DNA of 64,000 nucleotides from Candidatus Chazhemtobacterium aquaticus (GTDB lineage: Bacteria; Patescibacteriota; Microgenomatia; UBA1400; Chazhemtobacteraceae). Positions within the stretch are counted from its first letter, which is position 1. Every line of letters begins with the position of its first letter. The stretch lies in NCBI RefSeq assembly GCF_009936135.1, contig NZ_CP047901.1:631927-695926 (forward strand). The letters run 5' to 3'. This document shows positions 17,842 to 27,748 of the stretch, piece after piece. A program made the translations under genes and the position numbers. Below the pieces are notes generated by a model. It was not told the DNA's origin. It saw only the letters and a program-made list of their open reading frames with translations, and made no database searches.

Positions 17842-17865
17842 ATTCTCTTAAGCTAGAATTCATCC

Positions 17866-18870
17866 ATGGACGATCTCGAAATCATCAAAAAACAAGCTAC
17901 TCAGCAAATCCAGTCTGCCAAGGATCTTGAAGCCTTAGACAAACTTCAAACTCAATATCTTGGCCGCAAAGGTTTAGTCAATCAATACTTAAGCTCGCTT
18001 CCTAAAGAAGCCCTAAAAAGCCAGGGTCGTCTCATCAACCAAACCAAACAATACATTGACCAGCTTATTGCCAAACGCCAAAAATCTCTTCAGCAGGTCC
18101 AACAAGAGATCGATGTCACCATACCAGGCATTCTTCCACCCATCGGCCACCTTCACTTAATTACCCAAACCATTAAAGAAATCGAGGATATCTTCACCAA
18201 ACTAGGCTTTGTCAGGCGTCGTTACCCAGAAGTAGAGACTGACTGGTACTACGCCGAAGGCCTAAACATCCCCAAAGACCACCCCGCCCGAGATGACCAA
18301 GAAACCTTCTATATCAATCCAGAAGTTGTTCTAACCGCCCATACCAGCAATGGCCAGTTACGAGAGATGGAGTTATTAAAAAAACCTCCCATCAAAATGA
18401 TTAACATTAGTAAGACCTATAGACGTCAGGCCAGTAATACCCATAGTCCCATGTTCCACCAGTTCGAGGGTTTAGTCGTAGACAAAGATATAAACATCAC
18501 TCACCTTATCGGTGTCAGCAACTTCTTTGTTCAGTCATACTTTGGCTCTGACCGTCAAGTCAGACTTCGTCCTCACCACTTTCAGTTCACCGAGCCCAGC
18601 TTCGAAGTCGACATCAACTGCCACCTTTGCAAGGGTAGGGGAGAGTTAAATGGAAAAAGCTGCCCCGTCTGTAAAGCTGGTTGGCTAGAGCTTGGCGGCG
18701 CCGGCATGGTCCACCCTCAGGTCTTAAAAAACGGTGGTATCAATCCCGATCGATTTACTGGCTTCGCTTTCGGTTGGGGGATAGAACGTCTCATCATGAT
18801 GAAACATAACGTTACCAACAACCTACGAGATCTCTATACCAGCGATCTTCGCTTTCTCAATCAGTCATAA
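17866..18870 (+). CDS. pheS: Phenylalanyl-tRNA synthetase alpha subunit
   Basis: 334 aa with class II motifs (...FRPHHFQFTEPSFEVDI..., GAGMVHPQVL), immediately followed by pheT. Confidence 0.9.
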   Translation: MDDLEIIKKQATQQIQSAKDLEALDKLQTQYLGRKGLVNQYLSSLPKEALKSQGRLINQTKQYIDQLIAKRQKSLQQVQQEIDVTIPGILPPIGHLHLITQTIKEIEDIFTKLGFVRRRYPEVETDWYYAEGLNIPKDHPARDDQETFYINPEVVLTAHTSNGQLREMELLKKPPIKMINISKTYRRQASNTHSPMFHQFEGLVVDKDINITHLIGVSNFFVQSYFGSDRQVRLRPHHFQFTEPSFEVDINCHLCKGRGELNGKSCPVCKAGWLELGGAGMVHPQVLKNGGINPDRFTGFAFGWGIERLIMMKHNVTNNLRDLYTSDLRFLNQS

Positions 18871-18877
18871 TCACTCT

Positions 18878-20860
18878 ATGGATATTAAGTTACCCCATTC
18901 ACTACTTAAAGAATTCCTAGATACCTCAGCTAAACCTGAACAAATAGCCAAGTCTCTCTCTTTATGTGGTCCCACCGTTGATCGAATCACTTCTTACAAG
19001 AACGATTACCTTTACCATATCGAGGTCATTACCAATCGCATTGACTCAGCCTCAGCCTTTGGCATAGCCAGAGAAGCAGCCACCATCCTACCTCAATTCA
19101 AATACAAGGCCAAGATTAAAAATGATCCATACCAACTAAATCTAAAACAACTAGGTGATCTACCCAAAAACTCACCACTTAATCTACAAATTCTAGACAA
19201 CTCTCTCATACCCCGCTTTACGGCTATTACTCTTACCAATACTCAAGTCAAACCCTCACCCAAACCGGTTCAAGATTGGCTCAATCTTTCAGGACTACGC
19301 CCCTTAAACAATGTTATCGACATCACCAATGAACTAACCCTTAAGTACGGTCAGCCTGTCCACGCTTTTGATTTAGACAAAATAGCCAACCAACAACTTA
19401 TATTGCGAGAGAGTAAGAAAGGGGAGTCTATCACGACTCTGGATGGTCGAGTTCACCATCTACAAGGTGGTGACATCGTCATCCAAGACGGCTCCGGTCG
19501 CCTAATTGACCTTTGTGGCATCATGGGTGGCCAACTCTCCGCCATTGACTCAAATACTAAAAATGTTCTTCTCTTTGTCCAAACTTACGAACCCAAACAC
19601 ATCAGAAAAACCTCTCTCTACACACAAGAGAGAACTCTAGCTGCCCAGATTTTTGAAAAAAAACCTGACCCCGAACTAGTTCTTCCCACTCTTATCGCCG
19701 GTGTTAAACTTCTAGAACAACGAGCCAACGCCACTATTAGTAGCAATCTCATCGACCTATACCCCAATCCAACTAAAACCAAAACCATCAATCTTGACCT
19801 AAACTGGCTTAACCAATTTGCTGGCATCAATCTAAAACCAACTCAAGTCAGCAGTATTCTAAAAAAACTTGGTTTCACCTCCAAATCAATCACTTCTCAA
19901 GTACTTCGCGTTACAGTTCCCAGCTGGCGCCACCATGATATTAATCTCACCCAAGACTTAGCCGAAGAGATTATCCGCATCCACGGCTATTTCCGCCTAC
20001 CATCTAATTTACCTTCCACCACCATCCCCCACACTCAAACCGACCCACTTCTTAAACATGAGTATCAAGCTCGTAGCTACTTAAGCAACCTAGGCTTCAC
20101 TGAAATCTACAACCTCTCTCTAGTCAGCCAAGACCTTTTCCGTCAAACCAACCATAAACTTGAACCAAAACTAAAGCTTTCCAATCCACTATCCGGAGAG
20201 TTTGAGTACCTACGCACATCTCTTATCCCCTCACTTCTCTCCAATCTGGATGCAAATCGAGGTAAAGTCGCTCCACCCCTACGCCTATTTGAACTAGCCC
20301 ACACCTACCACTCAACCAAATCCACCCTACCAGATGAAACCAGCACCTTAAGTTTTATCACCTATGGTTTAGATTTCTTTACCACCAAAGGCTATCTTGA
20401 AGCATTAGCCAAACACCTCCACCTTAACCTAAAATTCAAACCCCTGGCCAAAAAGACTCCACCCTTTATAACTAAACACTCAGCCTCAGTCTATTACCAT
20501 AACCACCATCTTGGTACCCTTGGCATCATCTCGCCCGAAGTTACTTCCAGGTTTAATCTAAACCAAACAGTCGTTTGTGCTGATCTTAACTTCGCCAAGT
20601 TAAGCCTCCAAATCAACCCTATTCTAAACTTCAAACCTATCCCGCAATATCCATCCATCTATGAAGACATAACCCTTACATCAACTAAGCCTGTAGCCGA
20701 TCTTATCACTCAGCTGGAAAATGCCCACCCCCTTATTGTCTCAGTTGAGTATCTTACCTCACATCAACACAACCACACCTTCCGCCTTGAATTCAATGAT
20801 CCTCAGGGTAATCTCACCCAAGCTAAAGTCACCCAAATCAAAAACAATCTTAAATCTTAA
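18878..20860 (+). CDS. pheT: Phenylalanyl-tRNA synthetase beta subunit (short form, 660 aa)
   Basis: Sits downstream of pheS. B3/B4 and catalytic-like domain order; shorter than the roughly 800 aa canonical form. Confidence 0.8.
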   Translation: MDIKLPHSLLKEFLDTSAKPEQIAKSLSLCGPTVDRITSYKNDYLYHIEVITNRIDSASAFGIAREAATILPQFKYKAKIKNDPYQLNLKQLGDLPKNSPLNLQILDNSLIPRFTAITLTNTQVKPSPKPVQDWLNLSGLRPLNNVIDITNELTLKYGQPVHAFDLDKIANQQLILRESKKGESITTLDGRVHHLQGGDIVIQDGSGRLIDLCGIMGGQLSAIDSNTKNVLLFVQTYEPKHIRKTSLYTQERTLAAQIFEKKPDPELVLPTLIAGVKLLEQRANATISSNLIDLYPNPTKTKTINLDLNWLNQFAGINLKPTQVSSILKKLGFTSKSITSQVLRVTVPSWRHHDINLTQDLAEEIIRIHGYFRLPSNLPSTTIPHTQTDPLLKHEYQARSYLSNLGFTEIYNLSLVSQDLFRQTNHKLEPKLKLSNPLSGEFEYLRTSLIPSLLSNLDANRGKVAPPLRLFELAHTYHSTKSTLPDETSTLSFITYGLDFFTTKGYLEALAKHLHLNLKFKPLAKKTPPFITKHSASVYYHNHHLGTLGIISPEVTSRFNLNQTVVCADLNFAKLSLQINPILNFKPIPQYPSIYEDITLTSTKPVADLITQLENAHPLIVSVEYLTSHQHNHTFRLEFNDPQGNLTQAKVTQIKNNLKS

Positions 20861-20862
20861 GC

Positions 20863-23481
20863 TTACTCCACCTCTACCGGTAGTGATGGAACCACTGTCA
20901 AGCTTGGCGTCGGTTCTGCTTCTTCATTCTCCTCTTTAGGATCTACCTTAACTCCAAACACAACATTGGCCTCATTCTGGATTCCGGCCGAGTTCCTAGC
21001 GTGAATTCTCAAATCATATACCCCTTGCTCAAGGGTAAAAGTTTTTTCATACGGACCCTCTTCCCACCGCCATTCTTTATTTCCGTTTAAATACAGATCT
21101 ACCCACTCGATTCGCTCATTTGAAAACACTTTCGCCTTAATCGTCACCTCATTACTGTCATATTTACTCTCATTTCCAGGCTCACTAATCGTCACATGCA
21201 AACCCTCGACCTGACCACAGTACTCGGTTGGCGGATGATATCTAGTATCACCCTGTGCTGCCACCCATCGATCAATGGCCTTCTGCCACAGGTTATCTCC
21301 AGTTAACGGATCGCTTTCTTTAAGGATAATAAACTCCTTGCGATCAAAGTTATTCTGCCCCACCATCACCTCCGTCGCCAACTTATCAGGCTGCCCCGGA
21401 CATACCGGCAACATTACATGAATCGGGTCCTCCGTTGTCGGCAGCGTTCCCTTAATTGCCCAGTCTGTATAGCTATCAAAGTTATCATGCGCCGGATAGC
21501 CAGAAATCCTATCCAAACTAACCTGCTCCACACCGCTTGGGGGGTCAAAAGGAGGATCACCGTAAAGGTCAATCACCTCAAGCATCTGTCTCCTCCAGAT
21601 TGGTGAGGCTCCAGACACGCCAGAAGCCACCGCCTTCATCGGCGAGTTATCATTATTTCCCACCCACACACCTACCACTACCTTTTTGGTCCATCCCACT
21701 GCCCAGTTATCCCTCATGTCATTGGTTGTTCCCGTCTTAACCGCTACGTTTGCCCCTCTAATATTAATCAAGCTGTTTGCTCCAAAAGTGATCAAGCGAG
21801 CATTATTATCACTCAAAACATTGTTAATTAAGAATGCTACCTTCTCATCCATTACCTGTTTTTTACCAGGAGCTTTGTGTTCAAACAATACCTTTCCATT
21901 TCTATCCTCTACTTTTAAGATACTCACCGGCTCAACCCGATTACCTCCATTAGCAAAACTGGCATAAGCAGAGGCCATTTCAATTAACCTAACCTCACCA
22001 CCACCTAAAGTCATGGACAGTCCTAACCGACTTAAGTTCTCCTTACTAGGTTCCAGGGTACTAAAACCCATCTTGTAAGCCATCTCCAGGTTATCTTTAA
22101 CTCCAACCAAGGCCAACAACTTCACCGCCGGAATATTAAGTGATGATCCTAATGCTTCTCGTAAATGAACCGGGCCGTGTTCTTCTCCATCATAGTTCTT
22201 CGGCTCATATTTCTCTCCATTTCCCCCCGGAAACTCAGTCACCACATCAACCAAGGTTTTTCCAGGCCAATACCCTTCAGCAAAAGCGGTTGCGTAAGTG
22301 ACTGGCTTGATCGCTGATCCCGGTTGTCTCAAGGACAAGGTCACGTTTACTTGTCCGTCGATATCTTCCGCAAAAAAATCTTTTGAGCCCACCATCGACA
22401 AGATCTCACCACTATTAGCATCAACGGCTACACTCGCCCCGTTACTGATCGCCAGCGTATCAACTACTTTCTCAATCTCCTCTGCCACTATATTTTGTGC
22501 CGCTTCCTGCAACTCCCAATTCAAACTAGTGGTTACCTTCAATCCTCCCCCCGTTACCATCTCCTCTCCATACATCTCCTCCAACTGATCCTTAACATAC
22601 ATCACGAAATGTGGCGCCTTAATCGAGCTTTTTTCAGACAAGAAACTTACCCCAGGAAGCTTATCCACCACCTCCTTCTCCTGCTCCTCACTGATAAACC
22701 CTTCCTCCCTCATTCTTCTTGCTACCGCCGTTGCTCTGGCAACATAAGCCAACGGATCCTTGCCATAAGGGGAATACCGACTAGGCGCCTGAGGCATTCC
22801 GGCCAGAATTATCGACTCAGTCAAATCAAGGTCTTTAGGCTCCTTAGCAAAATACTGCTGAGCCGCTGCCGAGATTCCCCAGGCTGTTCCTCCATAAGGA
22901 GCCTCATTCAAATACATCTGCAGAATCTCATCCTTGCTAAACTTCCTCTCTATCTGTACTGCCAACACCAATTCCTTCAACTTACGGCTAATACTCCTAT
23001 CACTAGTCAACAAAACATTTTTAACCAGCTGCTGAGTCAATGTTGATCCTCCCTGAGCTCTTCCTCTGGTAAACAACCGGCTCATACCTCGAACCATGCC
23101 TAAAACATCAAATCCTTGGTGTTTATAAAAATCCTTATCCTCAATCGCCACCGTTGCCTTCTTTAAGTCATCTGGTATCTCCTCAATCGGCGTAAACTTT
23201 CGATTCTCTTCCTCGTATACATCAAACAAAACGACTTTACCCTCACGGTCTAAAATCTGAGTAGAAAAACCCCTATCCCGTTGAATCTCATTTGGGTTGG
23301 GCAAGTCGCGCGAGTACCAAGCAAACAATCCAAACATAGCCAGTGTTCCCACCACCAAGCCCACAAACATAAGTTTGGCCAACCTCACCGGCGTTAACCA
23401 TTTCTTGAAGTTACCAATCTGTCGACCAAACCTATTTCCTCTTCTCGACCAACTACTATAACGACCATACCTGCGCATCAT
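20863..23481 (-). CDS. Class A penicillin-binding protein (glycosyltransferase plus transpeptidase) with a C-terminal extension
   Basis: N-terminal transmembrane helix, GT51 motifs (EDKDFYKHQGFD, RGAQGGSTLTQQ), the transpeptidase STLK-like region, and a C-terminal beta-rich roughly 150 aa extension. Confidence 0.85.
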   Translation of the reverse strand: MMRRYGRYSSWSRRGNRFGRQIGNFKKWLTPVRLAKLMFVGLVVGTLAMFGLFAWYSRDLPNPNEIQRDRGFSTQILDREGKVVLFDVYEEENRKFTPIEEIPDDLKKATVAIEDKDFYKHQGFDVLGMVRGMSRLFTRGRAQGGSTLTQQLVKNVLLTSDRSISRKLKELVLAVQIERKFSKDEILQMYLNEAPYGGTAWGISAAAQQYFAKEPKDLDLTESIILAGMPQAPSRYSPYGKDPLAYVARATAVARRMREEGFISEEQEKEVVDKLPGVSFLSEKSSIKAPHFVMYVKDQLEEMYGEEMVTGGGLKVTTSLNWELQEAAQNIVAEEIEKVVDTLAISNGASVAVDANSGEILSMVGSKDFFAEDIDGQVNVTLSLRQPGSAIKPVTYATAFAEGYWPGKTLVDVVTEFPGGNGEKYEPKNYDGEEHGPVHLREALGSSLNIPAVKLLALVGVKDNLEMAYKMGFSTLEPSKENLSRLGLSMTLGGGEVRLIEMASAYASFANGGNRVEPVSILKVEDRNGKVLFEHKAPGKKQVMDEKVAFLINNVLSDNNARLITFGANSLINIRGANVAVKTGTTNDMRDNWAVGWTKKVVVGVWVGNNDNSPMKAVASGVSGASPIWRRQMLEVIDLYGDPPFDPPSGVEQVSLDRISGYPAHDNFDSYTDWAIKGTLPTTEDPIHVMLPVCPGQPDKLATEVMVGQNNFDRKEFIILKESDPLTGDNLWQKAIDRWVAAQGDTRYHPPTEYCGQVEGLHVTISEPGNESKYDSNEVTIKAKVFSNERIEWVDLYLNGNKEWRWEEGPYEKTFTLEQGVYDLRIHARNSAGIQNEANVVFGVKVDPKEENEEAEPTPSLTVVPSLPVEVE

Positions 23482-23543
23482 AACTAAAATTTTATCATCT
23501 TTTTGCTTTTGAATCTCTCTAACTTCTCGCTATAATTAGCCTT

Positions 23544-23645
23544 ATGCGACTCACCAAAAAACGCAAACGTATCTTCTCCTTCATTATCGTTATCTCTAGC
23601 CTAGCTCTACTAGCCTCCTCCTTCTTACCTCTCTTTCTCTACTAA
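23544..23645 (+). CDS. Possible leaderless 33 aa hydrophobic mini-ORF (MRLTKKRKRIFSFIIVISSLALLASSFLPLFLY) abutting recG; speculative
   Basis: A TATAAT at 23531-23536 lies 7 nt upstream of the ATG, and the stop codon is 2 nt before the recG ATG. Too short for the ORF track. Confidence 0.25.
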   Translation: MRLTKKRKRIFSFIIVISSLALLASSFLPLFLY

Positions 23646-23647
23646 CC

Positions 23648-25657
23648 ATGCGGCTTAATCACTCTGTTGCCAATCTGCCCGGAGTCGGTCCAGCTTATCA
23701 AAAACGACTCCAAAAACTTAATATCAACACTATTTCTGACCTCATCAACCACTTCCCTTCCCGTTATCTTGATTACTCACACACCACCCCCATCAACAAA
23801 CTCGAACCAGACCAAGAAGTCTGCCTTAAAGCCACCCTTGTCTCACTAACTTCTGTTAGACTTCCTAATCGAAAAACACTCCAAAAAGCCACTGTTACTG
23901 ACTCAACTGGATCGCTTCAACTAACCTGGTTTAACCAACCATATCTTACTAACTCTCTTATTCCCAAACAGCAATACTATTTCACCGGCCAAGTTGATCA
24001 ATTCAGAAATCAACTAATCCTCAACTCACCAGACTTCGAACCAATTAAAAAGAAACAACTCCATACCAACCGCATCATTCCTCTCTACCCACTTACCGCC
24101 GGTATCTCCCATAAATGGCTCCGTCACAAAATCAGTCTAGTCCTCTCATCGCTCACCATCAAAGAGATTTTTCCCTCTTCTCTTAAATCAAGGCTACCCA
24201 TCGACCTTAACTCCGCCTACCATCAAGTCCACTTTCCAGACACTCAAAAGCAACTTGAGTCGGCTCAAAAACGCCTAAGCCTTAATGATCTAATCGGTAT
24301 CTATCTTAAATCCGCTCTCACTCAACTAGACTGGCAGCAACGATCTGCCACTCCCATAACCACCACCCCATCACTTCATAACCAGCTACTCAAAAAACTA
24401 GATTTCGATCTAACTCCAGACCAACAACAAGCCATCAACGATGTATTCACAGACCTTAAACAAACCATCCCCATGAACCGGCTTCTCCAAGGCGATGTTG
24501 GCTCAGGCAAAACCATTGTCGCCGTCTCGGCTGCTCTACAAGTAGTGAAACAAGGCTTTCAAACCCTTGTTCTTGCCCCCACTCAAGTCCTAGCAGAACA
24601 ACACTACCAATCCTTCTCCCAACTGCTTAAACCCTTTTCTATCAAGCCACTACTTGTCACTGGACAATCTAAAAAGAAGTTACCCACCGCCCCCCTGGTC
24701 ATCGGCACACACGCCTTATTACACCGACCAGAGCTTATCCAAAATCAAAAACTTGGTCTAGTTGTCATCGACGAACAACATCGCTTTGGTGTTCTTCAAC
24801 GCTCATCCTTCTTTAACTCTGTCTCGACACCCCACCTTCTTACCATGAGCGCTACTCCAATTCCACGAACTATCGCTCTATCTCTATATGGCCACCTTAC
24901 AATCAGCAACATCAACACTCTTCCCAAGAATCGCAAACCCATCAAAACCAAGGTTGTCTCAGAGATCAAACGGCCACAAGCATATCAATGGATCAAGCAG
25001 CAAATTACTACCAGGAAAACCCAAGCCTTCTTCATTTGTCCCCTAATTGAGGACTCATCCAGCGAAAGTCTTAAAACGGTTAAGGCAGCCACCAGTGAGT
25101 ATCAACGCCTCCAACAGGTCTTTCCCGATCTCAAAATTGCCCTTCTACATGGAAAAATGAAGCCCGAACAGAAAAACACGATCCTTAAAGAGTTTAAATC
25201 TAAAAAGTACGACATTCTAGTCAGCACCCCTGTCATCGAGGTTGGCATAGACATACCCAACGCCAATATTATGGTGATCGAAGGGGCTCAACGCTTCGGA
25301 TTATCTCAACTCCACCAACTCAGAGGTCGAGTCGGTAGGGGAGAGCACCAATCTTTTTGCCTTCTCTTTAGCTCTGAAATATCAACCACCTCGCTTCACC
25401 GTCTAAAACTTATGGAAAAGTACCAACGTGGTCTAACTCTAGCCAAACTTGACCTCCAATTAAGGGGGGCAGGGGAGATCTTTGGTACCGCCCAAAGCGG
25501 ACACCTAGACACTCAATTCCCTCAGTTTTGGAACGCAGATCTTAACAAGCAAGCTAAGCAAATTGCCCAGCAACTAGTTTTATTACCCAAACCACAACCT
25601 CAACAACTTCTTGTCTCTCTAAACCCGAATCTTGCAAAAACAACCTCACCCAACTAA
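23648..25657 (+). CDS. recG: ATP-dependent DNA helicase RecG
   Basis: 669 aa with a wedge/OB N-region and SF2 helicase motifs (GDVGSGKT, DEQHRFG, QLRGRVGRG). Confidence 0.85.
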   Translation: MRLNHSVANLPGVGPAYQKRLQKLNINTISDLINHFPSRYLDYSHTTPINKLEPDQEVCLKATLVSLTSVRLPNRKTLQKATVTDSTGSLQLTWFNQPYLTNSLIPKQQYYFTGQVDQFRNQLILNSPDFEPIKKKQLHTNRIIPLYPLTAGISHKWLRHKISLVLSSLTIKEIFPSSLKSRLPIDLNSAYHQVHFPDTQKQLESAQKRLSLNDLIGIYLKSALTQLDWQQRSATPITTTPSLHNQLLKKLDFDLTPDQQQAINDVFTDLKQTIPMNRLLQGDVGSGKTIVAVSAALQVVKQGFQTLVLAPTQVLAEQHYQSFSQLLKPFSIKPLLVTGQSKKKLPTAPLVIGTHALLHRPELIQNQKLGLVVIDEQHRFGVLQRSSFFNSVSTPHLLTMSATPIPRTIALSLYGHLTISNINTLPKNRKPIKTKVVSEIKRPQAYQWIKQQITTRKTQAFFICPLIEDSSSESLKTVKAATSEYQRLQQVFPDLKIALLHGKMKPEQKNTILKEFKSKKYDILVSTPVIEVGIDIPNANIMVIEGAQRFGLSQLHQLRGRVGRGEHQSFCLLFSSEISTTSLHRLKLMEKYQRGLTLAKLDLQLRGAGEIFGTAQSGHLDTQFPQFWNADLNKQAKQIAQQLVLLPKPQPQQLLVSLNPNLAKTTSPN

Positions 25658-25693
25658 AATACAACCAGTCTATCAATCTTATATATCCAAAAT

Positions 25694-25843
25694 ATGGCTC
25701 CTACACCTAAACGCAAACACTCAACTCGTCGCAAGGGCATTCGCCGCGCCGTACGCAAAGCAGAACACGTCACCAAACTTAAAAATCTAAATCCGGTCAA
25801 GAACAAACACCTTCGTTCCCTAAGCACTTCAAAAGAAAATTAG
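25694..25843 (+). CDS. rpmF: 50S ribosomal protein L32 (49 aa; missed by the ORF track because it is under 60 aa)
   Basis: MAPTPKRKHSTRRKGIRRAVRKAEH... matches the L32 N-terminal pattern MAVPKRKTSKSRR..RR. Confidence 0.7.
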   Translation: MAPTPKRKHSTRRKGIRRAVRKAEHVTKLKNLNPVKNKHLRSLSTSKEN

Positions 25844-25858
25844 TTCCACTTTACTAAA

Positions 25859-26299
25859 TTGAAGACTGCTCACGATCCTCGCCACCTACGCCGCATCAAA
25901 GCTGTCAAGGCTTTATTCTCTTATACCTTCCACCCAGAACAAGAAACCTCATCCAAACTTGCTCAAAAGGTCGCTTCCCAACAAGACAACATTGATCAAA
26001 TCATCACCCAGTGTGCCCCTGAATGGCCTCTTTCCCAAATCAACCGTATCGACCTGTCTGTTCTTCGCCTCGCTATTTACGAAATGTTAAACAAGAAAGA
26101 CACTCCACCCAAAGTTATCATTGACGAAGCCATTGAAATCGGTAAACGCTATGGCAGTCAATCATCTGGCAGCTTTATCAACGGAGTTCTGGCCAGTGCT
26201 CTTAAAGCCACCAACAGAGATCAAGATATCGATCAATCTTCCAACTCGGAAAAATTATCCGATGAATCAACTCAAGACCATGACGAACCCCAATCTTAA
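25859..26299 (+). CDS. nusB: Transcription antitermination factor NusB
   Basis: 146 aa, TTG start. The RRIKAVKALFSY...LRLAIYEML stretch is NusB-like and the gene is upstream of rnc. Confidence 0.7.
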   Translation: MKTAHDPRHLRRIKAVKALFSYTFHPEQETSSKLAQKVASQQDNIDQIITQCAPEWPLSQINRIDLSVLRLAIYEMLNKKDTPPKVIIDEAIEIGKRYGSQSSGSFINGVLASALKATNRDQDIDQSSNSEKLSDESTQDHDEPQS

Positions 26300-26984
26300 C
26301 CAACTCCAAAGCTCACTTGGTCATCACTACCAAGATATACAACTTCTTAAAACCGCACTTAGTCACCGTTCGTACCTAAACGAATCCAACCAGTCAGTTT
26401 CTAACGAAAGGCTAGAGTTTCTCGGCGACGCTGTTCTAGAACTTGTTATCTCAGAGTACCTATACCTTCAAAAACCTGACGAACCGGAAGGCACTCTTAC
26501 TGCTGCTCGCTCTGCCATCGTTCGTACTGAATCTCTAGCCAAGGTGGCCACTCAACTAAATTTAGGTGAGTATCTTTTTATGAGCAAAGGCGAAGAGAAG
26601 TCTGGTGGCCGCCACAACATCTCCTTACTTGCCAATACCACCGAAGCCATCATCGGCTCTATCTACCTTGATGGGGGATTACAGTCAGCCCAAGACTTCA
26701 TCCACCGCCACATTCTACCTTTAGCTGAAAATATTCTTGACAGCGATAACCTCAAAGATCCCAAGAGCTTACTTCAAGAAAAGGTTCAGGAGTTAGGCTT
26801 CACCTCACCAGTCTACACCACTGATAGTGAAACTGGTCCAGATCATAATAAGACCTTTACTGTCACTGTCAGTGTTAACCATCAGCCTCTTGCTACCGGC
26901 AAGGGTAAAAACAAGCAAGCCGCCCAACAAGACGCCGCCCGTCAAGCTCTCAACAATACTCAACGTCTTGCTCCAAAAACGTAA
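26280..26984 (+). CDS. rnc: Ribonuclease III
   Basis: RNase III signature ERLEFLGDAVLELVISEYLY plus a C-terminal dsRBD. The start at MTNPNLNQLQSSLG aligns with the E. coli Rnc N-terminus; the longer ORF-track start at 26121 overlaps nusB. Confidence 0.85.
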   Translation: MTNPNLNQLQSSLGHHYQDIQLLKTALSHRSYLNESNQSVSNERLEFLGDAVLELVISEYLYLQKPDEPEGTLTAARSAIVRTESLAKVATQLNLGEYLFMSKGEEKSGGRHNISLLANTTEAIIGSIYLDGGLQSAQDFIHRHILPLAENILDSDNLKDPKSLLQEKVQELGFTSPVYTTDSETGPDHNKTFTVTVSVNHQPLATGKGKNKQAAQQDAARQALNNTQRLAPKT

Positions 26985-27057
26985 ATTTGATATAATTCAA
27001 TCCACTAAACACCAATCACTTGAATACACTTACAAACCACTACTCATCCTTTTATCC

Positions 27058-27291
27058 GTGCTAAAAATAAAACTTTCCCGTACCGGCAAACGCAATCAAC
27101 CTTACTACCGAGTAGTTGTGGCCGAAAAACGATCCAAGCTAACTGGTCAATACATTGACCTTCTTGGTAACTATGATCCCAATGACCCTAAAAATAAATT
27201 AACAATTGATAAAAAACGCTACGCCGACTGGATCACCAAAGGTGCCAAACCCACCGACACTGTCCGTCAATTAGTAGCCAAACAAAAATGA
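27058..27291 (+). CDS. rpsP: 30S ribosomal protein S16 (GTG start)
   Basis: (M)LKIKLSRTGKRNQPYYRVVVAEKRSKLTGQYIDLLGNYDP matches S16. The ORF-track start at 26827 is probably an over-extension. Confidence 0.85.
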   Translation: MLKIKLSRTGKRNQPYYRVVVAEKRSKLTGQYIDLLGNYDPNDPKNKLTIDKKRYADWITKGAKPTDTVRQLVAKQK

Positions 27292-27674
27292 AACAACTCC
27301 TTGAGTACATCATCCCAAATATTGTTAATCATCCCGAAGAAGTCAAAATCGAAGAGACCAATCAAGACGGTCTCGTCAATGTCACCATCCAGACCCATCC
27401 AGAAGATGTCGGACGCGTTATTGGTAAAAGCGGTAAAGTCATCAAATCAATTCGTCAGATTGCCCGAATCATTGCTATTAAGCAAGGTGTCAGAGTCAAC
27501 ATCGATGTCCTCGATAGTGGTGACAAACCAGTCAACACCTCAGAAGAAACCGCTTCAGATTTAAATCAGGAAGACGAGTTTACTACCCCAGATATCCCTG
27601 AAACTCAACCAGAAGAAACCACATCTACTCAAGAATCTACTCCTGAAGAGGGTATCGACCTTCAAACTGAATAA
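27288..27674 (+). CDS. KH-domain RNA-binding protein (YlqC/UPF0109-like) with an acidic tail
   Basis: KH motif VIGKSGKVIKSIRQIARI, in the conserved position after rpsP. Confidence 0.75.
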   Translation: MKQLLEYIIPNIVNHPEEVKIEETNQDGLVNVTIQTHPEDVGRVIGKSGKVIKSIRQIARIIAIKQGVRVNIDVLDSGDKPVNTSEETASDLNQEDEFTTPDIPETQPEETTSTQESTPEEGIDLQTE

Positions 27675-27748
27675 GCAACGAAGTCCTAAGGCTCAAACCA
27701 ACCAGCGGTTTAGGTTAAAAGGTATCTCGCTAAAAAGTACCTTAGGTT

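Noticed and set aside
17346-17865. T-box riboswitch upstream of pheS (and by analogy thrS).
   Set aside because: UAGGGAGG weakly resembles the T-box core (UAGGGUGG). But the leader is only about 150 nt, the rest of the T-box consensus (ACCGCG) and a stem I/specifier structure are absent, and a cognate-amino-acid mini-ORF is present, so a leader-peptide attenuator fits better.
26121-26279. The longer RNase III start (ORF track 26121) and the longer S16 start (26827).
   Set aside because: The N-terminal extensions overlap the upstream gene (nusB) or an intergenic low-complexity stretch and have no counterpart in E. coli Rnc or S16. Starts at 26280 (ATG) and 27058 (GTG) align with the canonical N-termini.
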